Made by a program: the position numbers and the translations under genes. The notes below the pieces were generated by a model. It was given only the letters and a program-made list of their open reading frames with translations. It ran no database searches and was not told the origin of the DNA. This document shows positions 1 through 12,400 of a stretch of 64,000 nt of DNA, piece by piece. Origin of the DNA: Callorhinchus milii (lineage: Eukaryota); NCBI RefSeq assembly GCF_018977255.1, contig NW_024704742.1:117306001-117370000 (forward strand), in the 5' to 3' direction. The stretch's first letter is position 1, and each line of letters starts with the position of its first letter.

Positions 1-190
1 TGAACATTGAGCTGAGAGGCAATGGAGGTGGATAGAATGGTTCACAGTATCGAAGGCAGCAGAAAAGTTGGGGAGGACAAGGAGGCAGAGAGCCCTGGTC
101 GCAGATGGACAGACTGTCATTAGTGACTTTGACCAGGGCTGTTTCTGTACTGTGGCAGCATGGAAACTCAATTGGAGGGATTCATAGAGG
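1..190 (-). mobile_element. L2-clade LINE RT fragment (degenerate)
   Basis: Reverse complement resembles the STETALVKVTND...LSAAFDT region of the L2 copies at 541 and 37430. Confidence 0.7.
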
Positions 191-540
191 GAATGGGGGG
201 AGAGGAAAGAGCGAAGCTGGATGGCTGGAGTCTTGTGATGCCTCATCTTCTGGAGTGCCCGATCTTTCCCACGGACACTAAGTCTGTGTTAGAAAACCTA
301 AGGCATTGGGCAACCCCAGGTTCACATTTACAGTTTGCTGAATGTAACTAACTAGTACTCACTTTCCAGTACTCACTAATAAACAGTAAAGATTACCGTT
401 AGAGCATTGCTTTGCAGGATCATCAGGAGCAAAGTGAGAAGAAATCTGACCTTACCCTCTACCCACTACATCCCCCTATCATGTGCCTATTACCTTTCCT
501 AACTTTGATTAGGTTGGTCCTGCCTAGCTTGGTATTGGAT

Positions 541-2245
541 GTTGCCAATCAACTTCGCGCACACCTCTCCTCCGACTCCCTCTTTGAACCCATCCAATCC
601 GGTTTCTGCCCTGCTCACAATACAGAGATTGCGCTTGTGAAAGTCAAAAACGACATCCTCTCTATTTGTGACCAGGGGTCCTTCTGCTTCCTTGTCCTCC
701 TGAACCTCTCTGCCACATTCGACACAGTCGATCACGCCATCTTCCTTCACCGCCTTTCCTCCGTCATCCACCTCAGTGGGACCGCACTCGCCTGGTTCGA
801 GTCCTACCTCACAGACCGCCAGCAGTACATCTGCACAAACGGCTTCTCCTCCCGCTCACACCCGGTTACCTGCGGGGTCCCCCAAGCATAAAATCCTTGG
901 CCCCTTCCTCTTTCTGATCTACATGCTCCCCCTTGGAGATGTCATCCGCAGACATGGAGTACATTTCCACACGTATGCGGACAACACCCAACTCTATTTT
1001 TCCACCTCTCTTTGTGACCCCCAATCCCCTGATGTTCTGTCAGCCTGCCTGTCAGACCTCAATGGTTGGATGAGTGCAAATTTCCTTCAGCTGAACGTTG
1101 ATAAGACAGAAGCAATACTCTTTGGCTCTCGTCAACGTCTAAAATCTCACAGTTCTCACCTCCTCCACCTACCCGACCTCCCCCTAAATCTCTCGGAACC
1201 CGTATGCAACCTAGGCATCAGATTCGACCCCCAATTATCCTTCCTCACCTACATCCGGTCCCTCCCCAGGACTGCTTTCCTCCACCTCCGACGTATCGCC
1301 CGTCTCCACCATTACCTCTCTCCGAAAGCTGCTGAAACCCTGGTCCATGCCTTTGTCACCTCTCAGCTGGACTATTCTAACACCCTCCTTGCCGGTCTCC
1401 CTGCCACTACCATCCATAAAATCCAGGTTATTCAAAACTCTGCCACCTGCATTCTCACCCGCACCAAACTCCGCTCCCCGATCACCCCAGTCCTCGACAG
1501 ACTGCACTAGCTGCCTGTCCCAGAGAGGATCAATTTCAAGATCCTCACCCATCTCTTCAAATCCCTCCACTCCTTCGCAACCCCCTACCTTTCTGACCTC
1601 TCTCCTCAAAACAGTGCCCATTACCTTCGTTCCTCCGGGTCTGGCCTCCTCCTTGTCCCCCGAGTCCTCCGCTCCACCCTCGGCGGCCGTGCCTTCAGCC
1701 ACTATAATAATCATAATAATAATAATCCTTGCATTTGATATAGCGCTTTTCACGTCGGGAGGACGTCCCAAAGTGCTTCACAGAATATACTGTAAAGTGA
1801 ATTGACTGTACATTTGTGGGCGAACGCGGCAGCCAATTGCGCATAGCAATGTCCCACAAGCAGTCGTAGATTGAAAATGACCAATTTATTATTGTTTGGT
1901 TTTGGAGGGATTATTATTAGGTGTGTGGAGTAAGGAAACTTGCCCAAGGTTTCGCCCTGCCTGGGAATTGAACCCAGGTCTCTCACTTACAAAGCGAGTG
2001 CTCTAACCACTGAGCTACAGGACACTATGCCCCGAGGCTCTGGAACTCCCTTCCTCACTCGCTTCGCTTCGCCCCTTCTCTTCCTACTTTCAGGTCTCTG
2101 CTGAAGACCTTTCTTTTCAACCATGCCTTTTGTCACCTTCCTCCCCCTCCCCCCGGCTCGGCTCCGGGATCCGTTACTGTGAAGCGCTCTGAGACGCCAT
2201 CCGGCATGGAGGGCGCTATATAAATCCAAGTTGTTGTTGTTGTTG
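541..2245 (+). mobile_element. 5'-truncated L2-clade LINE (RT, 3' end with (GTT)n tail), interrupted by a SINE
   Basis: QSGF..HNTEIAL, LSATFDTVDH, GVPQ, LGPFLF, YADN, LNVDKTE, LDYSN; frameshift near 890; tail ataaatccaagttgttgttg. Confidence 0.9.
1706..2022 (-). mobile_element. tRNA-derived SINE (short subfamily), inserted in L2 with TSD CACTAT
   Basis: A/B boxes, Deu-like core, (ATT)n tail; CACTAT at 1700-1705 and 2023-2028. Confidence 0.9.
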
Positions 2246-2726
2246 GATCGCTGCACTCTCCTACATACCAATTTGTTGCTAACTTGATCCAGACCCTAGA
2301 GAAACCCCCCCATCCCAAGTTCTTATTTTGTAAAACTGCTGTGTTGTTAAATTTGGTTTCTGTCTGTAAAGCTATTGAGACTCAAAGATGTAAGTTGTTG
2401 AAGACAGATAGACAATATCTGTCTCTAAGTCCTGCTTTAAAACCTACCTCTTCAACCACACCTATGGTTACTTCTCTCCCTCCACCCCCACCCCCCACCG
2501 TCACTACGTGTGTCTGACCCCATCACTATGAAGCATTCAGACATTATCTTATGTGAAGGGTGCTGTATTGTTAGCTGTTTTTGTAGAGCACAACTGGTCC
2601 AGTAAAGGGTCATTCATCTGGCTGTATAACCATGTTGTGGGCACCATTAAATAACTGTCAATTATTATAGCATATTGAACTGTATCTTGGAGGAATCTTA
2701 CTTCAATTCCAACTTGCTTTGGAGTT

Positions 2727-3049
2727 GGAGTCCTGTAGCTCAGTGGTTAGAGCACTCGCTTTGCAAGTGAGAGACCTGAGTTCAATTCCAGGCAGGGCGA
2801 AACCTTGGGCAAGTTTCCTTACTCCACATGCCTAATAATAATCCCTCCAAAACCAAAAACAATAATAAATTGGTCATTTTCAATCTACGACTGTCTGTGG
2901 GACATTGCTGTGCGCAATTGGCTGCCGCATTCGCCCACAAATATACAGTCAATTCACTTTACAGTACATTCTGTGAAGCACTTTGGGACGTCCACCCGAC
3001 GTGAAAAGTGCTATATCAAATGCAAGGATTATTATTATTATAATAATAA
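2727..3049 (+). mobile_element. tRNA-derived SINE (short subfamily)
   Basis: GGAGTCCTGTAGCTCAGTGGTTAGAGC head, GTTCAATTCC B box, (ATT)n tail. Confidence 0.9.
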
Positions 3050-3289
3050 CTTGATGTCTGGCTTTGTGCAAAGGTCATAGAGAATGATAAAGAATGATGC
3101 CTGTCTTGCAGTCATCTTCAATCTTCAAATTGAAGACATCACTCCCACAATGAGCTCCCTGCATCCACCCTAAAGGCCCTCAGAGAGAACGCATAGACTA
3201 AAGCTAAGTTAAAATTGGTGGAATTTGTACTTCTAAACCTTGGAAAAATGTAACAGTACTTAATATATGAAAGCAGGGCTTGCCAAGGC

Positions 3290-3570
3290 TTCCCCAATGG
3301 TTTGGTTGTTAAAGCGACTGTATTGTGTAATACTGAATGATTAAAGACCTGAACAGTCTCAAGTCCAATCTCTGATCTTTGCTGAGTTAGCTGAAATCAA
3401 GCCAGAAAAGCAATTGAGACCCACTATTAATTAGCCTCAGTGCAACAATGGCCCGGGAGAGAATAGTGAGTTGGGATTCATGTTCCTGTTTGCTATCCTT
3501 TGACCATTAGTGTAACCTGTATGAAGTGGTGGCAGATGAGAATAGCAGTTGGCTCAGCTTTTCCCCCATT
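3290..3570 (+). mobile_element. Degenerate LF-SINE-like relic
   Basis: TGCTGAGTTAGCTGA...GCCTCAGTGC...TTCCTGTTTGCTATCC..TGACC motifs resemble the recalled LF-SINE consensus. Confidence 0.55.
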
Positions 3571-4719
3571 TGAGACCAAGACTTACTGGGTTCAAATTCT
3601 CTTAATGCATTTTAAATGCAAATGTTCAAACAAGACATGGTTATGTACTTGGGCTTGGCATGAAAGGAATCATGACCTTTTAGTTTATAGAAGTGTTAGT
3701 ATCAGTGCTCTTAGTTGCTTAGTGGGTCAATGCATCTTTTTTTGGTCAGCTAGGTGTCTGACACATGTGGAAACTCAACACCATGCTTATGATTATCCAA
3801 ACCAGACTGAGAGTTCAATATATACATCAGAAATTTCGCTGTCTGGCTTGGAAATCACACTCTCTCAACGGAGGGCTGCCCCTGCTTACCTAATCCCAAG
3901 AGTATTAGACACAGCTTTGAAAGAGCCAAGATTCAGGGGGTGGGGGGGAGGTTGCAATGTTTGTGTTGAAGTTCTCCTGGTTTAATCAACTAAAACCGCT
4001 AGCTTACCATTGAGAGCACTGTCTGGCAAGCTTCCCTCTGCTTGGCTAGCTAAAGCCACGCTACCCATTAAGGCTTTGGCTTGCAGAGTTTACAGGAGCT
4101 GAATGCGTTCCAAGATACTATCCTGAATGAAAGCCAGTTGTTGAACAACAAATTGTTGTTGAATGGGAAGAATCCTAGTTTCTTGGAGTTTTAGAGACCC
4201 TCTTTGCTCAGGAACCGAGACTGCCTCAGAGGATTGACTGAATTCTGTCATTCCGTTGTAACTTTGCCCCACTTGCCTCCTTCCCCTTCCCCTATAGGGG
4301 AGCTTCGATAGCTTTGGAGCAGCCACAATTAGCTTAGACGCCAGATTACGGTTGGGAAAGCTGTGACTACTACTGCAAGTGGATGTTGCGCGAGGGCAGG
4401 TTCAGACCTAATGGTGAAGTGACCAATTGATGCTTGTTGAAGAATGGCCCACTAGCTTAGGTGCTAAATGACTGTGGACTGGGTGCTGACATGAATCACT
4501 CCCTTCAGAAGTAAATAAAGAGAAACTGGAGGAGGAACAATTCCAGATACCAACATACCATGTCTTGTCATGTCAATAATGTGTCAGTGGGATAAATGTA
4601 GATTTAATTAAAAGGGAAATTGTGAAACATAACTCTTAATTGAAAACCAGAGCATCCAACCTCGGTTGGAATTCTCTCTCACTGAGCCTGTTTTACTTGT
4701 TCTCAGCCGGTCTTTGAAG

Positions 4720-5010
4720 TAATAATAATAATAATTCTTTCATTTGATATAGCATCTTATCACATCTTCAAGACATCTCAAAGCGCTTCACAGAATATAC
4801 TGTAAAGTGAATTGACTATATTTTTTGGGCGAAGCGCGACAGCCAATTGCACACAGCAGTGTCCCACAAACAGTTGTGGATTGACTGACCAAATCATTAT
4901 TATTTATTTTTTTGGAAGGGATTATTACTACCCCGGAAAAGCCATCAGCCAATCGATTAACAACCGGGTTCCTACTTACTGCTAGGTAAACAGAGGCATG
5001 TGGAGCAAGA
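4720..5010 (-). mobile_element. tRNA-SINE long subfamily, head missing
   Basis: Tail, core and the CTGTTTACCTAGCAGTAAGTAGG block. Confidence 0.85.
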
Positions 5011-7288
5011 AAAATTGTTCATAATTTTTCCATAACCCATATTCTAACTATGCATGTCATCCAGTTGAGGAAGTAGGAAGCCAATCTTATTCTAGACACT
5101 CCTTCAAAGGTTGTTCTGAGTCAGTTGCTGAGATACACATAGTAAAAGCCTGTCATGACTCACCAAATTTCCTTTTTTTCTCTGTGGATAGGTGCTTGGC
5201 CTTCAACTAGTGTCAATTGTAGCAGCATAGCTCAGTTTTTGAACTCATATAATGCAGAGAAATCAAATCCTTATCCCACCAAAATGTGGATACTGGAGTT
5301 TAGTGTTCTAACAGGCAGTAGTTTTCCATCTTCTGGTGAGAACTTTCTCACTCTGCATAAACAAGCCTTTATTTGGAGCAAGGATAAGTGGAATGTAAAT
5401 TCATTGAGAATGGATTCCCTTTCAGGCGGTTGCTTTATATCTTTACTAATGGAGATTTCACCTCTGCCCTTTGTCAGCACAAGCGTTTAATGTGCTCCGG
5501 TTGCCAAACCCTTCTCATCACTAGTTGTTCTAGTGTACAGGAGCTCTCCTGGGAACCTGCCTCACAATTTTGTGTTCCTTTATTAGCCTCACATAGCTGC
5601 CCGGATGGTTAATGAAACAATTCAACAGGCTAAGGGCCATCTGGTGCTTCTAGCGGAGCGTCCAAGTTTCCAAGTATAAAAAATGAAAATACTCATTAAA
5701 TTTGAAACTACTAAAGCACGTGTCTGTTTTTTAAAAGTTTCCCTTAGCCACTGAATAATCCCACAATCTGGTTTCCCCCAGGGCAAATCATTGTGGCAAT
5801 TTGTTTTCCTTGCCTCCAGCACCACGTGTGCAAAGTTGCTGTAGCATCAGATAAGTTGCAAGCTAATAAGCTGTCTGGCCATAACAGATCATGGGACAGT
5901 GAAGGCTGATCACACCAGCCATCGTTTCACTCTGCTTACTGCTGCCTCAGTAGCTAATCGCAGCTTCCAGGCTCAGGACACTTTTCCAGGGATACCACAG
6001 TCTTATTATGAACAGATTTCTTGGCAGAACTTCACTAAGACAATTTGGTGATGCCAACCTATGATAAATCCTTTCTGATTGTATTAAGGTGTTATCACAT
6101 GAAGTGAAAAGGCTTGTCAGTTTTGTTTTAATAAGTTTGCCTACTTATATTTGCTGAAGCTATGACCAGACACATTTTAAAAGGGCCCTCTGTGAAGGGC
6201 ATTATATAAACAAAAGTTGTTGTTATTGTTGACTTTGAGAAAGAACTAAATGATGTAGGTTCAAAAGTAGAAAGACTTGAGCAAGACTAGAGAATGGATG
6301 AATTTCTTTGAGTAGTGAAGTTGTATTAATACATTCCTTCAAAAGAGAACTCAAAGTATCTACCTGAGAATAGTATCGGAAGATCTAAAACAGATAAACA
6401 AATTAAGTGCATGTTCTTGATGCCTCCTGTGTGTTATGCCTCTTCCCTCCATTCCACTCTTACTTCATTCCACTTCCACTTCCATCATCAGCAAATGGTG
6501 CAACTTTATGGTGAATGTTGGAAACCTGGTTGTTCATGGGGGAAAAATGACACATTGAGGTGGGACGTATTCAAGCAGTGACATTTCTGTGTTTGGACTC
6601 ACTTCCCCTTCAGTCTTACCTTACATTCTTCTTGTGTATTTTTAGCCTTTGTTTTATTGAATCCCATTTTCTATCCGTAATTCCTGTGGCTTTTAGCTTA
6701 TTTACGTCTTTTGTACAGAATTAAATTACATTTAAGTTCAAATAAATTATATCCTTGGGCGTGCCAATATCTACCTGATCTGTAATGTCAAGTCAAGGTG
6801 GTTTGTCAGCTGTTATCTTGTGAAAAAAACCTTTTTAAATTTTTGCTGCCTGTTTCTTATTTTTAGCCATACGTGTAATCTTTCAGTTTGCTACAATACA
6901 TGCCCCTCAGGGCATAAAGGCTTATCAGGCCATTATAACCGCATTAGCCTTTTTAAAGATCACTGGTGCGGTTGCCTGTATCCAGTACTTACTGATTGCT
7001 ACATGATGATATCCAGGACAATCCAGCAATGTCCATCCATCTCGCCTCTCCCAATGTACATACCATATGCCAATGGAAGTTATTCATTTCAATTTGGAGT
7101 CATTTTCCACTGTTCAATAAAATTAAGCTCGGAGGCCTTGTGCCTTGAAGATGAGCAGAAACATGCAGTCATCAGTATACAGGCTTCAAGGATTATGGGA
7201 ACCGTGTTACATTTATACGCCTATTAAACATGTACTGTGAAGGTCCATGCCTTAACTCACCATTTTCCTTCATAAAAAATAATGATGA

Positions 7289-7468
7289 TAATAATAATAA
7301 TTTGGTCACTCAATCCATGACTGTTTGTGGGACGTCCTGTGCGCAATTGGCTGCCGTAGTTCACCCACAAAATGGACAATCCATTCATTTTACAGTACAT
7401 TCTGTGAAGCGCTTTGAGACGTCTCGAAGATGTGATAAGGCGCTATATCAGATGCAAGGATTATTATC
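7289..7468 (+). mobile_element. SINE 3' fragment
   Basis: GTGCGCAATTGGCTGCC core and TGCAAGGATTATTAT tail. Confidence 0.8.
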
Positions 7469-8779
7469 AATACCTGTGAAGGATTCCTCAACATCCCAAA
7501 GAAATTGACTTCTTCCCGACCTGAAAGGCGCCATACAAATGTAATTTGTTGTTGTTTGTTGTTGTGTACATTTAACCTGTCACGTTTACCCGTACTGTGA
7601 CAATCCCAAACATTCTAGTGTTGGATTTCAGATGTGTCTTGCTAAATTCTAGTCATCTGCTTGTGCGACTTAATTGTGGTTCTAGCTACTGTAGGTTTTT
7701 GTGTTCAAGCAATCTTTACTCTGAACTCTCTCTAATGGCTTTATTTTTGAGTATTCTTTCCACTCCGACACACACACGGAAAACTCATCACATGGTATTC
7801 TCAGTATCATCACTGTCTTGTTATGTGAGACCACAACAGTATCTTTGATTGTATCACGGTTTTGGTGCTTCGATCGTGACTGGTCTCTTTTCAGTGACTA
7901 TGACGCTGGACATAGAAATGTGGTAGTTCATCACTTGGCTTCAGCTCCCTGTGAGAGAAGAGGAGGAATAATTATCAGTGTGCAACTGGCTTTTTTTTTA
8001 CAATTGATATTATCAATTCAAAGTCCTTAAGAACTAACTCCAATATGTCAACAGCTGGACCTCAGGAAATGACCACATCAATATTTGCAACAGCAAGCAT
8101 CATAGCAGAGTTACAAAACCTTGCACTTACGAGAAAATGACCTCATTGTAAACTGCCTGCAGCAGAACAAACCTCAATGGAAATTAATTCAAACAAATTT
8201 GGACCTGTTTTTGACACTTAAATCGATAACTTTATAAGCCTAGTCATCATCCCAAATCCTTTTGTGTGGGTGGGCAAGAGGGAATATACATATTAATAAA
8301 CAGCGGCTGAAAGTGAAATGGATCTTATAGTTTATATTAAAGGTGGTATTGTGTATTATCTGAGTCTCTGTGTTTGTGGGGGCAAGCCTTGTATGTTTTG
8401 CCCAAAAAATATACAGTCAATTCACTTTGCAGTATATTCTGTGAAGTGCTTTGAGACCTCTAGAAGACATGAAAAGGAACTATATAAAATGCAAGGATTA
8501 TTATTATTTCTGGTATATTGAGTTTGCTGTTGCTGACTTTGGAAAGAGGTGCAGAGCCCTGGTTAGGTCACTGTAACTACAATCTATATTTCCAAACTTT
8601 AGTGCATATGTGAACAATTACTGACAAAGTTTTTATAGATTTACATTCAAACTTTATTGATGGTTTTTGTGCTTAATGAGGTGAGGAATGGTAGTGCTGA
8701 GAAATGGAACAGTTTCCTAGTTTGGGATCGCAATATCAGCATCAAACATTCCACAGTAAAGTACTGCAACACGGCAACA

Positions 8780-9560
8780 ATTATCTCGCGTCTTTCACAC
8801 TGGGAGGACGTCTCATAGAGCTTCACACAACTGAAGACTGCGACCCCAAATAGGGAAGGAAGGGAGGTGGCTGGGGATAGTTGTTGAAAGCATGGCAGAG
8901 GAAAAGTTTTAAGGCAAGTTTTGAAAGCAGAGAAATTCTAGGATGGAGTTTGAGAACGAAGGACAAATGACTGAGGGCTTGCCCAATGGTGATGGGGCAC
9001 AGCAAACTGAGGTCATAAAACAGGCTGGTGATTGCTGAGCAGAGTATGTGGCAGGGTGGAGATATTTCAAAGTGAGGATGAGAATCTTGAACGGGTAGTC
9101 AGTGCAGCCGAGCAAGGATATGAATGATGGGCTTGCAGAACAAGGGTGCAAAGTTCTGGATGGTCTGCATCTTGTGTAGAAAGGGGCTGGGGAGTCTGGT
9201 GAACCTAGCACCTAAGAGTAGTTGAACCTGGATGTTATGAAGGCCTGGATGAGGGTCTCGGCTGCTTGTGGATGAGATAGTGGCAGAGGTGATGTTCACC
9301 AGAGTGGGTGCAAGGCTTGATGTTGGGAGTCGGAACAAAACACTGAAGTTCCCCACTGACTTCATGAGGAGGTGTCAATATTGCGTGGTTCAAGGCAATC
9401 AGCACCTGAGGTGAGGAGGCGCCAAAGAAAAGAGACTCAGTCTTGTCAACATTGAGCTGTAAAAAGGTAGAACTCATCCAGAACTTGATTTCTTACAGGC
9501 AACCGGTCAGTAGTGGTCCTGGAATCCAGAATAGAGGCAGGGATCAAGTTGGGTGTTCGT
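8780..9560 (-). mobile_element. Degenerate L2 LINE 3' fragment
   Basis: FLQLNVDKTE and FKILILT peptides in minus-strand ORFs. Confidence 0.75.
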
Positions 9561-10039
9561 ATAGTTAGATACAGAGTAAAGGGCTAAGGAAATAACATTG
9601 TGGGATATAGTACATAGGTAGTTCGGGATATTTGTGCATGTGACCGCCAGGAAGGTGGAAGGCGAACTAGGTGGACCTTGGTCTTTCTTCGTCTACCATT
9701 TCTTATGTTCTTACCTACTCTACAAAGCCACATTTTCCCCATTTTCATTGTGTAAGATTTTCCATTTCCCACATCAGCCAGGAATTGTGTGCTCAGAGTG
9801 AGCTTACCAATGGAATGAGCAATTTTTCCCTGGGACCTTGGGTCAGCCACCAAAACCCATTTCCTTGAGAACCCTTATAGCCATGAGATGGAGGAATTTT
9901 TTGGCAGGATTTGAACCTGACCCCCAAAGATGAAAAGTCGATGTCTAAATCACTGTTTGTTTTAATAATGCAATGTTTGTATTTGCTTGAATGAAAATTG
10001 AAGCCTCATGTTTAACTTGATTTACTTTGTCATTCCCAG

Positions 10040-10117
10040 CGCTCCGGACTTCACTTTCGACACACGGACAATACAGTGAAGTGGCTCCGAGCCATGGAGT
10101 CGGTTGGCTTGCCTAAG
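10040..10117 (+). CDS. IQGAP2: IQGAP2 exon (CH domain), RSGLHFRHTDNTVKWLRAMESVGLPK
   Basis: ttcccag| acceptor, |gtaagc donor, 78 nt, phase 0/0. Confidence 0.95.
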
Positions 10118-11632
10118 GTAAGCACTTTACAGTGCATTACCTGCACATTCACAAACTCTGCTCTAAAAATCAAGAAGTAAAATGTTCACAACATGTTTTG
10201 TTTGGGAGGTTGGGGAATCAAATAAAGATAGCTTTTTCATCCTTGAAGGCAGAGAGCATCTTGTATTGGAGAAGGAGGAGATATCTGTCTAAAGTTATCC
10301 TAACTCTTAGGATAGCGTCCCAGAGAGCTTGACAGTGCCGGAGCACAGAGGGATGTAACCGTAGTACTACCAAAATAATTGAACAGAACCAAGGGAAAAG
10401 AATGGGGGCGAAATCGTCTGATGTTCATGCCTCCAGAACCATTATTTATGTGGCGACTATTGAGGTCAAAGAACAATGAAAGATGTTACATGAATCCGTA
10501 TACAGTGGAGTAAAGTCCAGCTTCAAACGCGGTGATCCACCAATCCCACTTTGCGACTTCTAACTAAAAGTCAGAATCTTTACTGCTACTGCGAGCTGAG
10601 CAGAAGTATCTATCTTGCTTGGTTCTCTACAAATCCTTCGATCCAATACCAGCCAAAAAACTAAATATGTATTCAATAAAAAGCTGAAAGTAAAAGAAAA
10701 AACACTTGTTCTTTCTCACCCACCTTGCAAATCTCTATGGCATTGTTCCTCTCTATATTATGGCTGTAGTAGAGTAATTCATTTAATCTCCTCATTGTGT
10801 TACATTGTATTGAGTTCATTATCTAGGATGTCAGTGCACTAATAATAATGTCATCGTTTATATAACGCCTTTCACATAAAATAAACGTCTCGAAGCACTT
10901 TACATGTTATAAATCAGATGAGACATTAACCAAGGTCCTCTCTGCCTGTTGTTTGGGCGAACTTTAAGAATTCCATGATCCTATTTGAAAGGAGAATGTT
11001 TTTCCCCTATGTCCTAACCAACAATTCTCTAGATCAGTGGTGTCAAACATACAACCCATTGGCTTTTGGCAGCCCATGGGGTAATATTTGTCAGCGTCCC
11101 CATTAGATTCTGAAATCACATTGTATTGTACGAGAAATCACGTAACTGTATTGTACTAGAAATTTTCTGAAAAGTCTTTTTAATATAAGACGTATATTCA
11201 ACCCTGCATTCTGAATTGCATGAGTGACATTCCCATTAAGCCAACAGCTCATAGAGTTAGTACAAATAGCTAATCAGATGGCACGCAAAATGTGTTTGCT
11301 CATGTAAAATGTAATGGCACACAACTAGCATTGAATAATATAGAGAAGGTAAAATTCAGAGTGGTACTAAATGGCATTTTCATAGCCTGATGGTATTTTT
11401 TGTTTCAATGACGTTAAAAATTTTATATTTGGGGATTTAAGTTAAATATTGAGACTTAGCATTATATATTGAGACTTAGCATTACACTGTGTACTTTTTT
11501 CGATGACTACGAACTTGATGTAGTTGGGGTGATGTTTTGTGCAAATTGGTATATTTAAGAAATATACACACATTCCCTATAGACATTTTTAGGTGTGGCA
11601 TGATATATAACTATTTTTATGGTGCAGTTCAC

Positions 11633-12400
11633 CAACAACAAGATTACATTTGTATAGCGCCTTTCATGTTGGGAGGACGTCCCAAGGCACTGGACAGAGT
11701 ATAACATTTCAGTCCCGAGCTGGGGTTGGCGAGGTAAGGGAGGGGAGGGGAGGGGGGTGGCCGATGGCATGGTCAAAGAGGAGGGTTTTGAAGCGGGACT
11801 TGAAGGAGGCTAAGGAGGGGGCGAGGTGGAGTGACTGGGGGATGGAATTCCAGAGGTTGGGGGCAGAGTGGCCGAAGGCTCCCTCGCCAATGATGGGGTG
11901 GGTTAGCGGACATGTAGCAGGCCAGAGCCGGCTGAGCGGAGGGAACGGGCGGATTGGTAGGGGGTTAGGAGGTCACAGAGGTAGGGTGGGGTGGGGCCAT
12001 GGAGGGCTTTGTATGTGAGGACCAGGATCTTGAACTGGATCCTCTGAAGGATAGGGAGCCAATGGAGTTGGTCGAGAGTGGGGGAGATGGGGTCATGGAG
12101 TTTGGTGCGGGAAAGGTCACAGGCTACAGAGTTCTGGATTATCTGCAGCCTGTGGAGGGAGGAGTTGGGAAGGTTGACAAGCAGGCATTTGCATAGTCGA
12201 GTCTGGAGGTGATGAAACAAGAGTTTCAGAGGCCTGAGAGGTGAGGTAGTGGCGGTCGGGCGATGTTATGGAGGTGAGGGAAGGCACAGCAGGTCATGGC
12301 TTGAATGTGGGGGAGAAAAGACAGTTGAGGGTCGAACAGGACACCTAGGTTCGTGACTGGCTTGGTGAGTTGTAGTGTGCAACCATGGAGGTTGATGCTG
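11633..12400 (-). mobile_element. L2 LINE 3' fragment with (GTT)n tail
   Basis: LQIIQNS...LHWLPILQRIQFKILVLTYKALHG. Confidence 0.85.

Noticed and set aside
412..1510. Reverse transcriptase ORFs (also 37360-38112) as an active or novel RT system
   Set aside because: These are 5'-truncated, frameshifted L2 relics; the catalytic YADD reads YADN in the first copy.
2727..2800. tRNA-Ala-like gene at SINE heads
   Set aside because: It is always fused to the SINE body and tail and lacks a clean acceptor stem and terminator; not a tRNA gene.
1..10039. Earlier IQGAP2 exons (N-terminal CH domain)
   Set aside because: No matching peptide with splice sites was found by eye; they probably lie upstream of the window.
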